Positions 18,382 through 27,889 of a stretch of 51,280 nt of DNA are shown piece after piece. The notes under the pieces are model-generated. The model made no database searches. It saw nothing but the letters and a program-made list of their open reading frames with translations, and was not told the DNA's origin. The stretch lies in the IMG/VR virus record IMGVR_UViG_3300037155_000067, positions 1 to 51,280 of that record; one strand, 5' to 3'. Source of the DNA: a virus. Its lineage: Duplodnaviria > Caudoviricetes. The translations under genes were made by a program, and so were the position numbers. The stretch's first letter is position 1. The number at the start of each line of letters is the position of its first letter.

Positions 18382-18403
18382 TTACAGCCGATGAACCAAT
18401 TTC

Positions 18404-19486
18404 ATGGCTTGCATCGGCCCAACGGGAGCAACTGGCGTCACCGGTCCAACTGGACCAACTGGAGCGTCGTCAACGGGCGCGACTGGGCCAACAGGAATTA
18501 AGGGCGTAACGGGCGTAACGGGATCTTCAGGGGTCACGGGCGTCACCGGAGCGAACGGTCTAACCGGCGCCACGGGACCGAGCGGAGCCACTGGAAGTAC
18601 TGGCCCAACGGGAATTTCAGGTCCGATTGGCACCACGGGTGCCGGCGTTACGGGCGCAACTGGCGCGAGTGGCGTCACGGGTCCAACTGGCGTCACTGGT
18701 CCATCTGGAGGTCCGACCGGGACGACTGGTCCGACTGGGCCGCAAGGAAATACTGGCGTCACGGGAACAACTGGGCCAACTGGGCCATCTGGAGGGCCAA
18801 CAGGGGCCACTGGGCCAACTGGGCCTACTGGAGTGACGGGAGCGAGCGGGACCACGGGCCCAACGGGCATCGGCACGACGGGCACAACGGGCGTTACGGG
18901 TTCAACTGGTCCGTCCGGAGGACCAACGGGCGTTACTGGAGCCACTGGGGCCACTGGTCCCGCGGGAATCACGGGAGCGACAGGTCCGACCGGGGCGGGC
19001 GTCACGGGAGCCACGGGCCCAACTGGCGGCGGCGGCGGCGGCGTGTCCTATATTCTCGTCGAAGATCAGAAAACGACCAATACAAATGGCGGAGATTTCA
19101 ATAGTGGTGCCTGGCAAACACGGGATTTGAACACAAAAGTTGCCGATACTGGAAGTAATGCCTCGGTCGCCTCGAACCAAATCACGCTCGCGGCCGGCAC
19201 GTATCGAGTTTTCGCATCGGCTCCGGCCTACGCGGTTGGACGACATCAAACCCGACTTCAAGATATTACCAACTCGGCAACACTCATCATGGGAACGTGC
19301 GAGTACGGCCAGGGATTAGCCGAAGGAAGATCGTTTATCGCAGGACGATTCACGTTGAGCGGAAGTACGATTATCGAATTGCAACATCAGGGAGAAACGA
19401 CCAGCGGCGGCGGGTTGGGATTCGGTATTGCGACTAATTTCGGGACGCACGAAACCTATTCGCAGGTGCAGCTCGGCAAAGAATAG
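18404..19486 (+). CDS. Collagen-like (Gly-X-Thr) fibre with a C-terminal globular domain
   Basis: About 200 aa of GPT/GAT/GVT triplets, then a beta-sandwich-like domain ([12 protein letters not shown]). Confidence 0.85.
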   Translation: MACIGPTGATGVTGPTGPTGASSTGATGPTGIKGVTGVTGSSGVTGVTGANGLTGATGPSGATGSTGPTGISGPIGTTGAGVTGATGASGVTGPTGVTGPSGGPTGTTGPTGPQGNTGVTGTTGPTGPSGGPTGATGPTGPTGVTGASGTTGPTGIGTTGTTGVTGSTGPSGGPTGVTGATGATGPAGITGATGPTGAGVTGATGPTGGGGGGVSYILVEDQKTTNTNGGDFNSGAWQTRDLNTKVADTGSNASVASNQITLAAGTYRVFASAPAYAVGRHQTRLQDITNSATLIMGTCEYGQGLAEGRSFIAGRFTLSGSTIIELQHQGETTSGGGLGFGIATNFGTHETYSQVQLGKE

Positions 19487-19499
19487 TTTACGATTTTCG

Positions 19500-19538
19500 T
19501 TGACGGAATTCAGTGAGAGTGATTCACTATGATTCACC
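19500..19538 (+). promoter_or_regulatory. Putative promoter/operator of the early region
   Basis: TTGACG followed by GTGATTCAC and ATGATTCAC near-palindromes before a wHTH gene. Confidence 0.45.
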
Positions 19539-19787
19539 GTGACTGAAATTTCGCTACCGGAGCAGCTCCTCAGAACGCTAAAATCTGTTCAATCTGGACT
19601 CGAAACTAGCGAGCAGATTTATCGTCACGACAAAGACCGCCGGGTTATCGGTCGCGGCGCGATCAACAAACGGCTGGAGAAATTGCGTGCGTTAGGATTT
19701 ATCACGCGAGAGCGCATAGGCGTTTTTATTAAATACAAACCTTCAAACCTTCGTGGGACAAGAAACCTAAGCGTCAAGCGCAAGTAA
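19539..19787 (+). CDS. Winged helix-turn-helix DNA-binding protein
   Basis: GRGAINKRLEKLRALGFITR recognition-helix/wing pattern. Confidence 0.65.
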   Translation: MTEISLPEQLLRTLKSVQSGLETSEQIYRHDKDRRVIGRGAINKRLEKLRALGFITRERIGVFIKYKPSNLRGTRNLSVKRK

Positions 19788-19828
19788 CATTCTCACCGTT
19801 GCGCTGTGCCAGCCCCGCGAACTTTTTT

Positions 19829-20017
19829 ATGATAACCGAAACCGCAACTCAACCTAAGCGAACCAAGCGCTCTACGCTCGCCAAAGAGCTGGATGCGCTC
19901 AGTGAGCTAATTAAACTGCTGAAACCACTGACTAAAGATCAGCGGGACAAAATCATCTCTGCCGCGCAGGAAATGCTGGCACCGAGCGAGCTGGAGAAAA
20001 GTATGGATGTTGGATAA
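19829..20017 (+). CDS. Hypothetical protein
   Basis: Short helical ORF (LKPLTKDQRDKII). Confidence 0.55.
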   Translation: MITETATQPKRTKRSTLAKELDALSELIKLLKPLTKDQRDKIISAAQEMLAPSELEKSMDVG

Positions 20018-20022
20018 TAATT

Positions 20023-21057
20023 ATGAACGAACTAGCCGAAAAACGTAAAGACATCCGATCCGTAATGGAAGGAATGAAAGGGCAATTTGCCCTCGCCCTT
20101 CCAAAGATGATGACCATTGACCGATTCCTTCGAGTCGCGCTGACGTGCGTGAATAAGAATCCTAAGCTGCTTCTCTGCACTCAAGAGAGTTTACTTGCGT
20201 GCCTTCTGGACTGCGCAGCTCTCGGAATCGAACCGGATGGTCGGCGCGCGCATCTGATACCTTACGGGCAAGTCTGCACGTTGATCATCGATTACAAAGG
20301 AATTGCCGAGCTTGTCCGTAGGTCTGGAGAGGTATCGACCTTGCATTGCGGCATCGTTTATCCGTCGGACGATTTCGATTACGCTTTCGGAACCGGCCAG
20401 TTTCTAAAGCACCGTCCAACGATGATGCCGCGCGAAGGCGAAAAGCCACTGTGCGTTTACTCATACGTGAAACTCAAGGACGGACAGGAAGATTTCGATG
20501 TCATGTCGATAGAAGATGTCGAACGTGTTCGGAAACGGAGTCGCGCTGGCACAAATGGACCTTGGGTAACGGACTTTGACGAGATGGCGAAAAAGACGGT
20601 TTTCCGTCGGCATTCAAAATGGTTGCCGCTATCTCCAGAGCTACGCGACAAGCTGGAAAAAGACGACGAGCCTTTAACCGAGCAGGAACGTTTAGCCGCG
20701 GCTAAACCAGCGCAAGTGTCTAATATTCAATTCGGAGAAGCGTTATCTCCGGAAGCAACGGAAACCGCAGCAGGGAATGCGGCAACTCCAAAGCGAAACA
20801 GACGGACAAAGGCCGAGATGGAAGCTGCCAGAGCGAAGGAAGAAAAACCAGAAGCGCCTGCAACCGCGACGCCGCTGGAGGGTCTAACAAATCTAATGAG
20901 GACCAGCTTAATTTTGGAAAAGGATTTGCTCGTTTATCTTTTCGCCCAGCTTGTAATCGAGCAAGGCGATACACTCGCGACGTTATCAGAAGAAAAGATC
21001 AAGTACGTCGTCGATAACTGGGTTGATATCGCGCAGGCGATTAAGAGAGACGAATGA
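20023..21057 (+). CDS. recT: RecT-family single-strand annealing protein
   Basis: NPKLLLCTQESLL, AHLIPY, LIIDYKG, RRSG and GPWVTDFDEMAKKTVFRR. Confidence 0.92.
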   Translation: MNELAEKRKDIRSVMEGMKGQFALALPKMMTIDRFLRVALTCVNKNPKLLLCTQESLLACLLDCAALGIEPDGRRAHLIPYGQVCTLIIDYKGIAELVRRSGEVSTLHCGIVYPSDDFDYAFGTGQFLKHRPTMMPREGEKPLCVYSYVKLKDGQEDFDVMSIEDVERVRKRSRAGTNGPWVTDFDEMAKKTVFRRHSKWLPLSPELRDKLEKDDEPLTEQERLAAAKPAQVSNIQFGEALSPEATETAAGNAATPKRNRRTKAEMEAARAKEEKPEAPATATPLEGLTNLMRTSLILEKDLLVYLFAQLVIEQGDTLATLSEEKIKYVVDNWVDIAQAIKRDE

Positions 21058-21923
21058 GAACTGGAATTTTCGAAATGCCGATGGCTCAGTACCTCACTGA
21101 GCACGGGGTAAGTCAGAGCGCTTTGAAGCACCTCGCGCGTTCTCCGGCCCACTTGCGCGAATATCTCGACCACCCGAAGCCTTCGACGCCGGATCAGATT
21201 ATAGGAACATTGGAACATCTTCTAGTATTTCAAGATGGACTTTTCGAGTCGTCACACTGGGTTAAGCCTGCTACCTACACGAACAAGAAAGGCGAAATCA
21301 AAAAGTGGAATGGGAACGCTACGGAGTGCAAGGACTGGCTTTACGCTCACGAAGATAGACCGGTAATTTCTCAAGATAGCTACGAGTCGATCATCGCGAT
21401 GCAGAACGAGGTGTTCTTGCATCCGGCAGCCGCGTTGGCCCTCACTCAAGGTAAACCTGAGCAATCGCTTTTCTGTGAGGATGCTGAGACAGGCTTGCAG
21501 CTCAAGTGTCGTTGCGACTGGATGAGCGGAAACTCGATCGTGGACCTCAAAAAATGCCAGGACGCGAGCCCGAACGGATTCGCAAAGACGGTCGCGAATT
21601 ATGGGTATGATCTGCAAGCCGCGGTGAATCTTGAAATCTGCCGCGTGCTCGAGCTAGGTAAGGAGAATTTTATCTTCATAGCCGTCGAGGACAAGCCGCC
21701 GTTTGCCGTTGGGGTCTACCAGCTTGACGCGGCATCGGTTGCAGTTGGTTATTCAAAGTTTCGGCGATTGCTCACGAAATATCTCGAATGCGTCTCGACT
21801 GACCGATGGCCCGCATACAGTTCAAACATCGAATACCTGAGCTTGCCAAAATGGGCATCTACGGTTGAATTCAACGCGCAGCTTCTCGAAGATCAGCCGG
21901 CTGTTCCCGCTTTGGAGGTATGA
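21054..21923 (+). CDS. RecE/exonuclease VIII-like PD-(D/E)XK nuclease
   Basis: VSQSALK, GTLEH, EQSLF, KCRCDW, IVDLK, YGYDLQAA and FIFIAVEDKPP; adjacent to recT. Confidence 0.88.
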   Translation: MRTGIFEMPMAQYLTEHGVSQSALKHLARSPAHLREYLDHPKPSTPDQIIGTLEHLLVFQDGLFESSHWVKPATYTNKKGEIKKWNGNATECKDWLYAHEDRPVISQDSYESIIAMQNEVFLHPAAALALTQGKPEQSLFCEDAETGLQLKCRCDWMSGNSIVDLKKCQDASPNGFAKTVANYGYDLQAAVNLEICRVLELGKENFIFIAVEDKPPFAVGVYQLDAASVAVGYSKFRRLLTKYLECVSTDRWPAYSSNIEYLSLPKWASTVEFNAQLLEDQPAVPALEV

Positions 21924-22027
21924 ACCTATTTATTGGAGTGAGTATTGGACTATGGCTACTTGGATTTGCCATTTATGTTACCAGTCTTGAAGAACGAATT
22001 AAAGCTTTAGAAAAGAAGTTGAGATGA
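21920..22027 (+). CDS. Small TM plus coiled-coil peptide
   Basis: MNLFIGVSIGLWLLGFAIYVTSLEERIKALEKKLR; ATGA overlaps. Confidence 0.5.
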   Translation: MNLFIGVSIGLWLLGFAIYVTSLEERIKALEKKLR

Positions 22028-22227
22028 CCGACTACGAACGCGCTGACCACGAGGAGCTTGAAGAAGTTGAAGTCACACGAAAATGCGGCCGCTGTTCGGA
22101 CGAATTCCTGAGCGTGCCTCGCAGGGTTCGGCCACTATTCATCCCGCTAATGTGCGATAGCTGTAATAAAATTATTGGCGATGAACGCAAAAATACAAAG
22201 CTATGTCCGACATCGGCACAATCCTAG
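22024..22227 (+). CDS. Small zinc-ribbon protein
   Basis: CGRC...CDSC. Confidence 0.55.
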   Translation: MTDYERADHEELEEVEVTRKCGRCSDEFLSVPRRVRPLFIPLMCDSCNKIIGDERKNTKLCPTSAQS

Positions 22228-22526
22228 ATACAATTAGCAAGAGAGCGGAAGCAGCGACACCGGGGCCGTGGGAGTTTGAAAATCGACCTGATAATCAATT
22301 TGTGAACGCCGGAAACATTAACATTTGCGCCCTAGCTGGAATCTTTGCGCACACAGAGGATTTTCAATTCATCGCAGCCGCCAGAACAGACGTACCCGCG
22401 CTAGACAAAGCACTGCGAAGAGCAATGGAATGCGTGAATTACATGGCAGTTTCAGGAACATTCTGCACGCGAGCACTTGAAACGAAAGACGAGATCGCTT
22501 CAATCCTTTCGGGTGGAAAGCCATGA
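22203..22526 (+). CDS. Ead/Ea22-like protein
   Basis: AEAATPGPW...FIAAARTDVPAL. Confidence 0.75.
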   Translation: MSDIGTILDTISKRAEAATPGPWEFENRPDNQFVNAGNINICALAGIFAHTEDFQFIAAARTDVPALDKALRRAMECVNYMAVSGTFCTRALETKDEIASILSGGKP

Positions 22527-22825
22527 CCACCAAAAATAAACAACAGCAGCACACGCCGACGCCGTGTTGTGAGCACGACCATAATAAAGACGGGAATTGC
22601 GACCGACATCCAGAAGGGAGGCCAAGGGTGTTTGACGACGAGAAACAACAGCGGCAAGCGGAAATTAAACACCTCACTGAATCGAGAAAAGCGCTGCTTG
22701 AGGCGTGCAAAAAGCTCGCATCCAGACTCGATGGAAGTCCTCGGAACATGACATATCAAATTACTGACCCTGAATTAGTGTCGATAGCTGACGCAGCCAT
22801 AGCATTGGCAGAGGAAAAGCCATGA
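22523..22825 (+). CDS. Phage hypothetical protein (HTP...LLEAC family)
   Basis: HTPTP, LLEACKK and AAIALAE. Confidence 0.6.
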   Translation: MTTKNKQQQHTPTPCCEHDHNKDGNCDRHPEGRPRVFDDEKQQRQAEIKHLTESRKALLEACKKLASRLDGSPRNMTYQITDPELVSIADAAIALAEEKP

Positions 22826-23307
22826 ACGACATCGACACAATCCTGAACGCTCTCAGCCAGAGAGCGGAAGTGGCGACATCGGGGCCATGCGAACAAAAAT
22901 GGGAGAAGTCTAATCTCAATTACTGGCATGGAGAATACCAAGCCCGACTTAGATATATGGCGGAAGCCTTAGAGGAAAGCGAAATTTGGTTGCTCTACGT
23001 CACGTCCACGACAGACAGTGATACTTACCTGAAAGCTGATAGCACACTCCAAAAAGTAAGATCATCCCTGCAATATAAACCAAGCAACGAAGTTTTGGAA
23101 GGCGAGAAAAGGAAAACGAAACCGATCCTTTGCCATCGGCAGCCAGAATCAGACGTGCCCGCTCTAGTCAAAGCAGTGCGAAGGCAAAGAACTATTATTT
23201 CGGGTTTGATGTTGTCGCTTCGAGATCCACGCGCGGAAATGTATGACGCCGAGATCGCTTCAATCCTTTCAGGGAATGAAAATAGTAAGCCACCTGCTCG
23301 ACATTAA
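22822..23307 (+). CDS. Second Ead/Ea22-like paralog with a different central region
   Basis: Shares DIxTIL..RAExATxGP and DVPAL..EIASILSG with the 22203 ORF. Confidence 0.65.
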   Translation: MNDIDTILNALSQRAEVATSGPCEQKWEKSNLNYWHGEYQARLRYMAEALEESEIWLLYVTSTTDSDTYLKADSTLQKVRSSLQYKPSNEVLEGEKRKTKPILCHRQPESDVPALVKAVRRQRTIISGLMLSLRDPRAEMYDAEIASILSGNENSKPPARH

Positions 23308-23500
23308 CGGCAACTGTTCCCGGTGCGCATTGCGACTCAACGGTCTGCCACTGCACGCCATAGTTCCGGCTGAAATTGGCGACCGAATTGGTGTCATATC
23401 GGATCTCAAAACTAGCGAGAATAGTGCATACATCATTTTGAAACCTGAGCACGACTCGAACCAGCTTTGCATCCCGGTCGCGAAGGAGTCCATCCCGTGA
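23276..23500 (+). CDS. Hypothetical protein
   Basis: Short ORF with CxxC. Confidence 0.4.
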   Translation: MKIVSHLLDINGNCSRCALRLNGLPLHAIVPAEIGDRIGVISDLKTSENSAYIILKPEHDSNQLCIPVAKESIP

Positions 23501-23545
23501 AAATAAAGCTTGCTGGCGTAATATTATAGTAATATATGACGGATT

Positions 23546-24334
23546 ATGTATTGCAAGCTCTTCGCTTCTCTCTATCAAGGAACGTTGCGCGGGGCGTCGC
23601 ATGAAATTCTGGTTTTCACCAATCTGCTGGCCCACGCCGGCCGGGATGGCGTGGTCGACAAGCATTTTCGGGCCATCTCCGAAGAGACGGGATTGACGGT
23701 CAACGAGGTGAAGCAGGCCATACTCACGCTCGAGTCTCCAGATCCGGAAAGTCGCTCTCCCGACGAGGACGGCGCCCGCATTGTTCGGATGGACGAACAC
23801 CGCGTATGGGGTTGGCGGGTAGTTAATTACGGGAAATATAGAGCCATACGAAGCGAAGAAGATCGGGCCGAACAAAACAGAATTTCGCAACAGCGATGGC
23901 GTAATAAAAATAAGCCAGCGTCAGCCACAGTAAGCCATGATAAGCCACGGTCAGCCCAAGGAGAGGGAGAAGCAGAAGCAGATGGAGAGAGAAGAGGCGC
24001 GAACAAGTCGCGCGCGCCCTCAGATGATTTGGAATGGATGGCCGGACTCCGAGACGATCCTGCCTACAAGGGCGTCGACGTTGCCCGTGAGCACGCAAAA
24101 GCCGTACGGTGGTGCAAGGAGAATCGTCGGCAGCTCAGCCGGAGGTTTTTTATCAACTGGCTCAACAATGCTGATCGGAACCTCGATGTAAAATTCAAGC
24201 CGGGGTCGACGACCGTTAAACCGGTGCCATGTCGACCAAAAGAATTGACTGACGAGCAGATCGAGAAAAATAAGGCGTTCATCAGGAAGAGCGTCGGAAA
24301 GCTAAAAACTCAGATGGGAGATTCACTTTTATGA
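23546..24334 (+). CDS. Phage replication initiator (replisome-organizer-like)
   Basis: N-terminal wHTH (ISEETGLTVNEVKQAI), W.VVNYGKYR, C-terminal FINWL; contains iterons. Confidence 0.75.
   Translation: MYCKLFASLYQGTLRGASHEILVFTNLLAHAGRDGVVDKHFRAISEETGLTVNEVKQAILTLESPDPESRSPDEDGARIVRMDEHRVWGWRVVNYGKYRAIRSEEDRAEQNRISQQRWRNKNKPASATVSHDKPRSAQGEGEAEADGERRGANKSRAPSDDLEWMAGLRDDPAYKGVDVAREHAKAVRWCKENRRQLSRRFFINWLNNADRNLDVKFKPGSTTVKPVPCRPKELTDEQIEKNKAFIRKSVGKLKTQMGDSLL
23911..23960. repeat. Five 10-bp-phased iterons, putative replication origin
   Basis: TAAGCCAGCG TCAGCCACAG TAAGCCATGA TAAGCCACGG TCAGCCCAAG, flanked by an A-rich and a purine-rich tract. Confidence 0.7.
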
Positions 24335-24930
24335 AAATCGAAAATGGAATGGTGATCGACGAAACGCGTCCGTGGCTCGGCGGGTTCAAACCCGGTCCGC
24401 TTGGTGATGAGGCAACGTATTTCCCTAGCCTGTGGATTTACCTCGTGGAAAAAATGGGCATCAAATCGGTCTGCGACATAGGGTGCGGAGCGGGAATAGC
24501 CGTCAAATTCTTCGAGGAATTGCTAGAGCCCAGTGACGTCATGGGAATTGACGGAATCGCGCAGGATCACCCGTCAATCCTTGAGCACGATTACACGCTC
24601 GGCCCGTTCGTACCTCTCGGCGGCGATTACGATTTAGTGTGGTGTTGCGAATTTTTAGAGCACCTGGCCGAGCAATACCTGCCAAACATCCTTTCGACGA
24701 TTCGATGCGGGAAACTAGTATTGTTGACGCACGCGGAGCCGGGACAAGCAGGGCATCACCACGTCAATTGCCAGACCGCAGATTACTGGAAAGGCGTCAT
24801 GGCCTCGATCGGTTACCGATATGACATCAACGTGACGCAAGTGTGCCGACTGAAAGCTGCCGAAAATACGTCGCCCTGGAATCACTTCACCCGCTCCGGC
24901 ATGGCTTTTGCGCGACATGAAATTTTATGA
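24331..24930 (+). CDS. Class I SAM-dependent methyltransferase (glycan-locus type)
   Basis: VCDIGCGAG, YDLVWCCEFLEH and PGQAGHHHVNCQ. Confidence 0.85.
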   Translation: MKIENGMVIDETRPWLGGFKPGPLGDEATYFPSLWIYLVEKMGIKSVCDIGCGAGIAVKFFEELLEPSDVMGIDGIAQDHPSILEHDYTLGPFVPLGGDYDLVWCCEFLEHLAEQYLPNILSTIRCGKLVLLTHAEPGQAGHHHVNCQTADYWKGVMASIGYRYDINVTQVCRLKAAENTSPWNHFTRSGMAFARHEIL

Positions 24931-25205
24931 ATAAAACAGCGATCATCTATAGCAAAGAAGAAGCTCTAGCGATGGAGCCGCAAAATCGGCCAATGAATTA
25001 TCGCGTTCCCTCGAAAATCTATCACGACGCATTTGAATTCGCTGGGTCTGCTTCGATGTGCTGGAAACCAATACCAAGTGGAGTATTTTCGTCTGAGGAA
25101 GCGGAGAAGTTTACGATAGACTTTCTATTCAAGGTCGCAGCCGAACTTGAAAAAGGTGGGCTTAAATATGAAAATTGGCCGAAGGCGTGGAAGGAGCCCA
25201 CATAA
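24927..25205 (+). CDS. Hypothetical protein
   Basis: GSASMCW...GVFSSEEA; ATGA overlap. Confidence 0.6.
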   Translation: MNKTAIIYSKEEALAMEPQNRPMNYRVPSKIYHDAFEFAGSASMCWKPIPSGVFSSEEAEKFTIDFLFKVAAELEKGGLKYENWPKAWKEPT

Positions 25206-25225
25206 AACGCGGTCTTGAGATCACG

Positions 25226-25699
25226 ATGGCACAGGCGCAAGCGCACGCCACACGGCACGGGTACCAGCTCGACAGTTTCCGGAATACTCCGACGTCGGCG
25301 GCGGCTTCCCAACTCGATAGCGGTCATCCTAGAACGTCCAATATAGCCAAAATCGTCAAAAAAGACCGAATGACGCGGCCGGAGCGCGAAATGGCCCTTA
25401 TTCTCGAAGCGAAAAAACGGCGTGGCGAGATCCTGGAATGGCGGTTCGAGGGTATTTCGCTGGCTTGGGGCGTAGATCCTGAGAATGGAAAGCAAATGTG
25501 GTACACGCCGGATTTTTACGTAGTGAAGGAAGAATTACGAGCTAAAAGCTTTTCGTCGTACGTGTGCCTACTTGAAACTAAAGGGGCTAAACTTTTCAAC
25601 GCGCAGCTTGTCCGGTTCCGCGGTTGTCGCGCCTGCTGGCCGAACTTCCATTTTGAACTACACCAGCTCGAAAAAGGAACGTGGAGTCGCGTCGAATGA
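25226..25699 (+). CDS. PD-(D/E)XK endonuclease (DUF1064-like, possible resolvase)
   Basis: YTPDF...ETKG; start uncertain. Confidence 0.7.
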   Translation: MAQAQAHATRHGYQLDSFRNTPTSAAASQLDSGHPRTSNIAKIVKKDRMTRPEREMALILEAKKRRGEILEWRFEGISLAWGVDPENGKQMWYTPDFYVVKEELRAKSFSSYVCLLETKGAKLFNAQLVRFRGCRACWPNFHFELHQLEKGTWSRVE

Positions 25700-25920
25700 C
25701 CTCCCTCGAATACCCAAAAAACTCCGGACATCTTTACACCTGCGAGCACGTTGCCGGCAATGTCGTGTGCGTCACTGCTAAAGTTGGCGTCATTACGTGG
25801 AAAATTACGACAATCGCTCCAAGAGCAATTTCTTGGCTGTGCGACCGGTCCCTGAAACGCTCCAAAGCAACGCAGCTAGTCGAATCGTGCCTGGCGCCGG
25901 ATGAAACTATTTCCATATGA
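25696..25920 (+). CDS. Hypothetical protein
   Basis: ATGA overlaps with neighbours. Confidence 0.4.
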   Translation: MTSLEYPKNSGHLYTCEHVAGNVVCVTAKVGVITWKITTIAPRAISWLCDRSLKRSKATQLVESCLAPDETISI

Positions 25921-26267
25921 ATGATATTTCCCTGCTTACCGATGAGGAACTGAACACCAAGATTTCGGAGTGGTGTGGATTTACCAACGTTCATCCAGTC
26001 ATCGTTAAGAACGTCAAGTTTCACGGTGACGATAGAAAGTGTGGAATCACGTCAGATCAAGGTTGGATTCCCGACTACTGCCATTCCCTGGACGCAATGC
26101 ACAAAGTTGAGAAGTTACTCGACTCAGAGGATCAACAGCGGAATTACGTCTGCGCATTAGTTCAACTTCCCTGGAGTAGCGCATGGAGTTTCACGGATGC
26201 AGCAAAAGCGGTAACGGCAACCGCAAGACAGCGAGCCGAGGCTTTTGTTTTAACGATGCAGCCGTGA
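25917..26267 (+). CDS. Phage ABA-sandwich-like protein
   Basis: LTDEELNTKI...PDYCHSLDAMH...ATARQRAEAF. Confidence 0.65.
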   Translation: MNDISLLTDEELNTKISEWCGFTNVHPVIVKNVKFHGDDRKCGITSDQGWIPDYCHSLDAMHKVEKLLDSEDQQRNYVCALVQLPWSSAWSFTDAAKAVTATARQRAEAFVLTMQP

Positions 26268-26329
26268 AACGACTCCTTAACAGATTGGTTCTTGCGCGCT
26301 CGCCCAAACAGCCGTATTGGCCTTCCATT

Positions 26330-26491
26330 ATGGCTAACTTGAACTTGATACTTTTGGTATTTTCTTTTGTGCTCTTTTTTATCGCGTGCTGGCCGGCCGC
26401 TGGTCCGTACTGGAATCGCCTCATTGCCGCTGGTCTGACGTTCTTCGTTGCGGCCGAGCTGTTCGGCGGGATCTCGCATTTCATTCACTAA
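26330..26491 (+). CDS. Small two-TM membrane protein
   Basis: LNLILLVFSFVLFFIA...LIAAGLTFFVAAELF. Confidence 0.6.
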   Translation: MANLNLILLVFSFVLFFIACWPAAGPYWNRLIAAGLTFFVAAELFGGISHFIH

Positions 26492-26535
26492 AATAACGCT
26501 TGACTTATTGCCAGACTTCGATCAATCTGGCGTAA

Positions 26536-26845
26536 GTGAAAGACACTCTAGGTCGAAACAACCGCATTCTCGCGGATCGCAATTGCCATAAATGTGGAAA
26601 AATCTTTCGACCCGTTCGAAGATCATCCAAATATTGCAGTTTGCCCTGCATGTGGTCGAACAACGGGGGCCAGAATCGAAAAGAAGTAGTATGCTGGTGG
26701 AAGAATAAGAAGGGGTATATCGAGGGTCGCGTTTGGATTAACGACCGTGCCGTTCATTCTGCGAGAAATGCCAAACGCCCGCCGTCTGCTACCGATCGAC
26801 TTGCACCAAGCCGGCCAAAATCAAACTGTGCAGGTGGTGCAAATG
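26536..26845 (+). pseudogene. Truncated HNH endonuclease fused to a Cys-rich fragment
   Basis: CHKCGKIF...KYCSLPC...KKGYI N-terminus with no HNH core; an out-of-frame CEKC..CRWC fragment follows. Confidence 0.45.
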
Positions 26846-27341
26846 ATACGATTTATCTTGCATATACGTTTCCGGTGGTCTATTCTCGTGTCCATGAACA
26901 ACACAACTGGCGCACAACGCCACAATAAAAGGCAGGATGCAATCTGGGAAAAAGCGAAGGCGATTGAAGCGGCTAAGAAAGAATTGCCAGCGTTTAAAGT
27001 GGTTTACGACGACGGCTCAAGCTACGTCACGTCAATATGAGCCACGTAACCTAGAACAGATTCGATGCGCAAGAATATCGTGCCGGATTTGAGCGTGTGC
27101 ATCAAATACCAGCTTGGAGGCAATCACGTTCCTACAGCGGTGGCAGAACTGCGCAATATCATCGACGTTTGCGCAACTGCTCCGAGTCGCGGTTACGAGA
27201 CAGCTATTGACGACGTTCACAGATGCGCTGCTCATGGCCTAAAGGCGCTAGGAGCCGATCATCTATGATCTTCGGTATCGTTATTATCCTCGCAGGAGTT
27301 TGTGCCATCATCGCAACAATTTATCAGGACCGGGACAAGCC

Positions 27342-27512
27342 ATGACGACAAAACGCAAGCGCAGACACGTAATCTGGCCTCTGCGCTTCACTGCTGCGGA
27401 CATGCGTCTAATTGCCAGAGCGTCGAAGAAACGCGGCCGGTTGCGCGGCCAATGGATGAGGGAAGCGATCCTGCACGCTGCTATGCACGAAGTTTCAATT
27501 CCATCGATCTAA
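27342..27512 (+). CDS. Ribbon-helix-helix DNA-binding protein
   Basis: LRFTAADMRLIARASKKRG...QWMREAI. Confidence 0.65.
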   Translation: MTTKRKRRHVIWPLRFTAADMRLIARASKKRGRLRGQWMREAILHAAMHEVSIPSI

Positions 27513-27742
27513 TGCCGCTTGACCTGTGTTTTACGTCCAACTGGAAAGGCAAAAGCTTCGCCCGTATCGAATTCGACGAATCAATCGAAAAGCAGATCGG
27601 CCGCTCAGATTGCCGATTGGGCGAGCTACGCTGCCCCTGGCCACCCGGATCCGACGCAAAGCAATGGCAGGCCGGATTCGATCAAGAGCGCGCTTCATGG
27701 CCCCAACCGCCAGAGCCAAAGAAAAGACGAAAATCTTATTGA
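27512..27742 (+). CDS. Small protein, Rmf/CrpP-like motif
   Basis: G....G...CPW......W.AGF. Confidence 0.45.
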   Translation: MPLDLCFTSNWKGKSFARIEFDESIEKQIGRSDCRLGELRCPWPPGSDAKQWQAGFDQERASWPQPPEPKKRRKSY

Positions 27743-27829
27743 CAGCGCCCTCGCCCTTCCGTATTCGTCCAGTAATTCAGAGCCGGAACGCTCAGAAACA
27801 AACTCGCACAATGACCACACTTTTTATAT

Positions 27830-27889
27830 GCCGCTCGGGAGAGGCTTCAAGCCTCGGGGTCCGCGATTACCTTTCTGAACCCGAGCGGC
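27830..27889 (+). ncRNA. c4-like antisense RNA
   Basis: Stem GCCGCTCGGG/CCCGAGCGGC encloses GAGGC-TTCAA-GCCTC and GGT-loop-ACC; unpaired TTTCTGAA is complementary to upstream TTCAGA and TCAGAAA; TTGACA at 27739. Confidence 0.55.

Noticed and set aside
18382-19014. Minus-strand Pro/Val-repeat ORFs (also at 40911-42494 and 45356-45559)
   Set aside because: Antisense shadows of the Gly-X-Thr codon repeats
27830-27889. tRNA gene (also considered for 39047-39173)
   Set aside because: No T-loop GTTCRA, D-loop or cloverleaf spacing
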